64,000 nucleotides of DNA from Planctomycetota bacterium (GTDB lineage: Bacteria > Planctomycetota > UBA1135 > UBA2386), in the NCBI GenBank assembly GCA_965223545.1, contig OZ245006.1, positions 5,216,001 to 5,280,000 of the forward strand, written 5' to 3'. Positions 60,872 through 64,000 of this stretch are shown piece after piece. The position numbers and the translations under genes were made by a program. Positions within the stretch are counted from its first letter, which is position 1; each line of letters starts with the position of its first letter. The notes beneath the pieces are model-generated. The model was not told the origin of the DNA and searched no databases. It was given only the letters and a program-made list of their open reading frames with translations.

Positions 60872-61966
60872 TCACTTCGCGCGCTTGTAGAACGGCAGGG
60901 AGCACACCGTCGCGGGCTCGGCCTTGTCGCGCACGACGAACTCCAACCGGGTGCCCGGTTCGGCCTGCGCGGTGGGCACGTAGCCGGTGGCGATGTTGGT
61001 TCCCAGGGTCGGCGATGCCGCGCCGGAACAGACCGTGCCGACCGTCTCGCCGCCGCTCGCGATCGCGTATCCCTGGCGCGGCACTCGGCGGCTGTCGGTG
61101 GTCAGACCGACCAGCGTGCGCTGCGGGCCGCCGGCGTCGCGGATGCGCTCCAGCGCCGCGCGCCCGACGAAGTCGTGGGTGAACTTCACCGACCACCCCA
61201 ACCCGGCCTCCAGCGGATTGGTCGTGCGGTCGATCTCGTGGCCGTAGAGCGACATCCCCGCCTCGAGGCGGAGGATATCGCGCGCCGCCAGCCCGATCGG
61301 TGCGAGCCGGTGTGCCTCTCCGGCGGCGAGAAAGGCGAGGAACAGCCGTTCGGTCTCGGCCTGAGGCGCGTAGACCTCGAAGCCGTCCTCACCGGTGTAG
61401 CCGGTGCGCGACAGGCCGACCTCGACGCCATCGACCGAACCGCGCGTCCACCGGTAGTACTTCAGTGCGCCGAGATCCAAGTCGGTCAGGGTCTGCGTGA
61501 TGTCCTGCGACCGCGGCCCCTGGATGGCGAACATGCCGAGGCCGTCGGTCTGATCGATCACCCGAACATCGCCGAACTCGGCGGCGAGCGCTTGCATGAT
61601 CGCCAGGTCGTGGTCGGTGTTGGCGGCATTGACGACCATGAAGAACGCGTCTTCGCTCGGCTCGCGATAGACCAGGATGTCGTCCTGCGTGAGACCGTCG
61701 TCGTCGAGAATGGTGGCGTAGCGGATGCCACCGCTCGGAATCGCGCTGACGTCGTTGGTCTGCAGGCGCTGCAGGAAGGCCTCGGCGTCGCTGCCCTCGA
61801 TGCGCACGCGCCCCATGTGACCGAGGTCGAACAGCCCGCCGGAGCCACGCACCAACGCGACCTCCTCCAGCACGCTGCCATACTGCACCGGCATTTGCCA
61901 ACCGGCAAACGGCACCAGTCGGGCACCGAGGGATTCGTGCAGAGCACGGAGCGCAGTCTCACGCAT
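60872..61966 (-). CDS. gcvT: Glycine cleavage aminomethyltransferase T
   Basis: VPFAGWQMPVQY, GLFDLGHMG, SRTGYTGEDGFE, GLAARDILRLEAG, PFYK. Start placed at ATG 61966. Confidence 0.96.
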   Translation of the reverse strand: MRETALRALHESLGARLVPFAGWQMPVQYGSVLEEVALVRGSGGLFDLGHMGRVRIEGSDAEAFLQRLQTNDVSAIPSGGIRYATILDDDGLTQDDILVYREPSEDAFFMVVNAANTDHDLAIMQALAAEFGDVRVIDQTDGLGMFAIQGPRSQDITQTLTDLDLGALKYYRWTRGSVDGVEVGLSRTGYTGEDGFEVYAPQAETERLFLAFLAAGEAHRLAPIGLAARDILRLEAGMSLYGHEIDRTTNPLEAGLGWSVKFTHDFVGRAALERIRDAGGPQRTLVGLTTDSRRVPRQGYAIASGGETVGTVCSGAASPTLGTNIATGYVPTAQAEPGTRLEFVVRDKAEPATVCSLPFYKRAK

Positions 61967-62109
61967 GTGGAGATCTCGGGGTCGTGGGGGCGAGTGTCGA
62001 GGTTCTTGCCGCTCCTCGCGGGGCTCGTCCGCGCGCGAGGTCACACGATTGTCCCCGTTGCGTGGCGATTGTGCGAGAGGATTTGGCGCGCCGGGATCTG
62101 TCGGATTTC

Positions 62110-62156
62110 GCAACGGCGCCGCCGCGCCGGAGGCTCGGCGAGACGGTGCCTCGTGG
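62110..62156 (-). repeat. Dispersed partial copy of the 195-bp repeat unit
   Basis: 43/47 match to the reverse complement of unit positions 102-148; intergenic. Confidence 0.85.
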
Positions 62157-62270
62157 CCGCGCCCCCGCCGACTGACCTCAACACGTCGGGAGTGCTGTGC
62201 CGATATCGAAGGCGGAGTCTCGCACCGACCGGTGGGGGCCCGCACCGAGGACACAGCTCGCGAACGAACT

Positions 62271-64000
62271 ATGGCGCTCAAAGGAGATCTGGCAAGCGTA
62301 GACCTGGCTCAGGTCTTCCAGATGCTGGCGCTCAACCAGAAGGTTGGCATGCTCAGCATTCAGGCGCCCGGGACGTGGAAGGCCCTGTACTTCGATCAGC
62401 GCGGCGTCACCCTCTACTTCAACGAGCACCTGGTCTTGGACCGCGTGCTCGGCACGATGACGCGCAGCGGCCAGCTGCAGCAGGAGGTCGTGCAGGAGAG
62501 CCGCGACCACGCGGCGAGCCAGGGTGTCTCGGTGGTCGACAGTCTGCTCGCCGGCGGCTACGTGTCGGAAGAGGACTTCGAGGAGTCGTTCCGCCAGGAG
62601 CTCGAGGAGGAGATCTACGACCTCTTCTTCTGGCGCGAGGCCAAGTTCGAGTTCTTCGAGGGAGCGACCGGCTTCGAGGGCCGGGAGGGCTCGGTCAACG
62701 AGCGCTTCTTCTTCAGTACCGACAGCCTCATCATGGAGGCCGCCCGCCGCATCGACGAGTGGGCGTTCATCCAAGAGCGCGTCCCCGGTCCGGAGGAGAT
62801 CTTCCGGCCGACCGACGAGAGTCCCAACATCCTCAAGCTCGAGGACGTGGCCCTGTCGGTGCACGAGCTGGTGGACGGCAAGCGCAACGTCGAGCGCCTG
62901 ATCGAGATCACCGGGCTGTCGTCGTTCCACGTCTACAAGAGCCTGGCGCAGCTGCTCGACGAGCAGATGATCAAGCGGCTCGATTCCAGCGACCTGGTCG
63001 ATGCCGCCAAGGAGTGCGTCGCCGAGGGCCGTCTGCAAGACGCGATCAATCTGTACGAGCGCGCGATCTCGCTCGACGTCGGTCTGCCGGAGACCCACGC
63101 TCTCGCCGCGCACGCCTACGAGTCGACCCAGGAGTTCGAGCTCGCCGGCTACCACCTCAAGTGTGTGGCCGAGTACTACGCCTCGGCGGGCAACGTGGTC
63201 GAGGCGGTCGACCTGCTGCGGCGCGTCAACGAGATGCTGCCGACGGACCTGGCGACGCGCGAGCGCATCGTCGAGCTCACCGTCGGCTCGTCCGAGTTCA
63301 AGGGCGACGACGCGCAGACCGTCGCCGAGGCCAAGGCGCTGGTCGATCTGTACCTCGAGATCGAGCAGGTCGAGCGCGTGCGCGGCATCCTCGAGCGGCT
63401 GCTGCACGACAACCCCAGCGATGTCGAGCTGAAGAAGAGCCTGGTCAACGTCTACGCCAAGACCGGCGACCAGCGGCGCGTGATGGAGCTGTACGAGTCC
63501 ATCGCCGACGATCTCGTCGCCAAGGCCAACCCGATCGAAGCCGTCAAGTATCTGCAGAAGATCTTGATGATCGATCGGTCGCGCAAGGACATCTCCGACC
63601 GCATCCGCTCGCTCTACGAGCTGGACGAGCGACGCCGTTCGCGGCGGCGCAGCATCGCGTTGGTCGGCGTCGGCATCTGCATCGTCCTCGGGCTGATCGG
63701 CGCCTGGTTCCTGTACGAACAGAACGCGCGCGAGAAGTTCAACGCCATCGACGTCGACGTCTTGGTGCGCGAGCGGAACTACAACGCTGCGGTCGCGGTC
63801 TACCAGGAGTTCATGGACTCGCACCCGTGGACTCTGGTCTCCAAGGACGTGCGCTCGGCAATCACCCGCCTGGAGAGCATGCGGTTGGCGCACGAAGAGC
63901 AGTTGCGTGCCGACCGGCGCCAGCGCGAGGAGGAGCAGAACAAGCTGCGCCTGCGCTACAAGCTGGCGTGGGACCGCTACTTGACCGAGTTTCGCGCCGA
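62271..64000 (+). CDS. DUF4388-domain/TPR membrane protein, 3' partial (absent from the ORF track because it has no stop in the window)
   Basis: MALKGDLASVDLAQVFQMLALNQKVGML...EEEIYDLFFWREAKFEFFEG...LIMEAARRIDEW, then TPR-like helices and a TM segment near 63650-63715. Confidence 0.85.
   Translation, partial: MALKGDLASVDLAQVFQMLALNQKVGMLSIQAPGTWKALYFDQRGVTLYFNEHLVLDRVLGTMTRSGQLQQEVVQESRDHAASQGVSVVDSLLAGGYVSEEDFEESFRQELEEEIYDLFFWREAKFEFFEGATGFEGREGSVNERFFFSTDSLIMEAARRIDEWAFIQERVPGPEEIFRPTDESPNILKLEDVALSVHELVDGKRNVERLIEITGLSSFHVYKSLAQLLDEQMIKRLDSSDLVDAAKECVAEGRLQDAINLYERAISLDVGLPETHALAAHAYESTQEFELAGYHLKCVAEYYASAGNVVEAVDLLRRVNEMLPTDLATRERIVELTVGSSEFKGDDAQTVAEAKALVDLYLEIEQVERVRGILERLLHDNPSDVELKKSLVNVYAKTGDQRRVMELYESIADDLVAKANPIEAVKYLQKILMIDRSRKDISDRIRSLYELDERRRSRRRSIALVGVGICIVLGLIGAWFLYEQNAREKFNAIDVDVLVRERNYNAAVAVYQEFMDSHPWTLVSKDVRSAITRLESMRLAHEEQLRADRRQREEEQNKLRLRYKLAWDRYLTEFRA

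Noticed and set aside
61967..62270. Glycine riboswitch upstream of gcvT (also checked 55396-55537 before gcvP)
   Set aside because: Conserved aptamer motifs (GGAGA...CCGAAG...CUCUCAGG) were not found; part of the region is a repeat-family copy. An Rfam scan would be decisive.

Overview
High-GC bacterial window, probably from Planctomycetota (inferred from gene content: bacterial Topo VI, FG-GAP/CotH/BNR secreted proteins, DUF4388-TPR protein). In order it holds: a 195-bp tandem repeat array; a hybrid histidine kinase; a top6B-top6A pair with histone-H1-like basic tails; secreted FG-GAP and copper-radical-oxidase genes plus a truncated Fic remnant; an NAD-linked formate dehydrogenase whose alpha subunit reads through UGA as selenocysteine (SECIS visible); sugar oxidoreductase/epimerase genes; CotH and BNR proteins; a 16-kb accessory cluster; menF-D-H-C-E; PTS enzyme I with a STAS/kinase/regulator group; and a split glycine cleavage system. 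The main candidate novelty is the 27.2-43.1 kb cluster. It encodes an APH-like kinase, an AlgE-type porin, an ABC exporter, an asparagine-synthetase-like ligase, phosphonopyruvate decarboxylase, AEP transaminase, an ArsI/CadI protein, PstSCAB, an AroA homologue and a cysteine-remodelled GpmI homologue, with no PEP mutase in the window. The AroA + phosphoglycerate mutase + Ppd core matches the Streptomyces arseno-organic (bisenarsan) pathway. The added transaminase, ligase and export genes suggest synthesis and export of a 2-aminoethylarsonate conjugate. Two of its operons share a near-identical sigma54-type motif. All calls come from motif reading only; no database searches were run.
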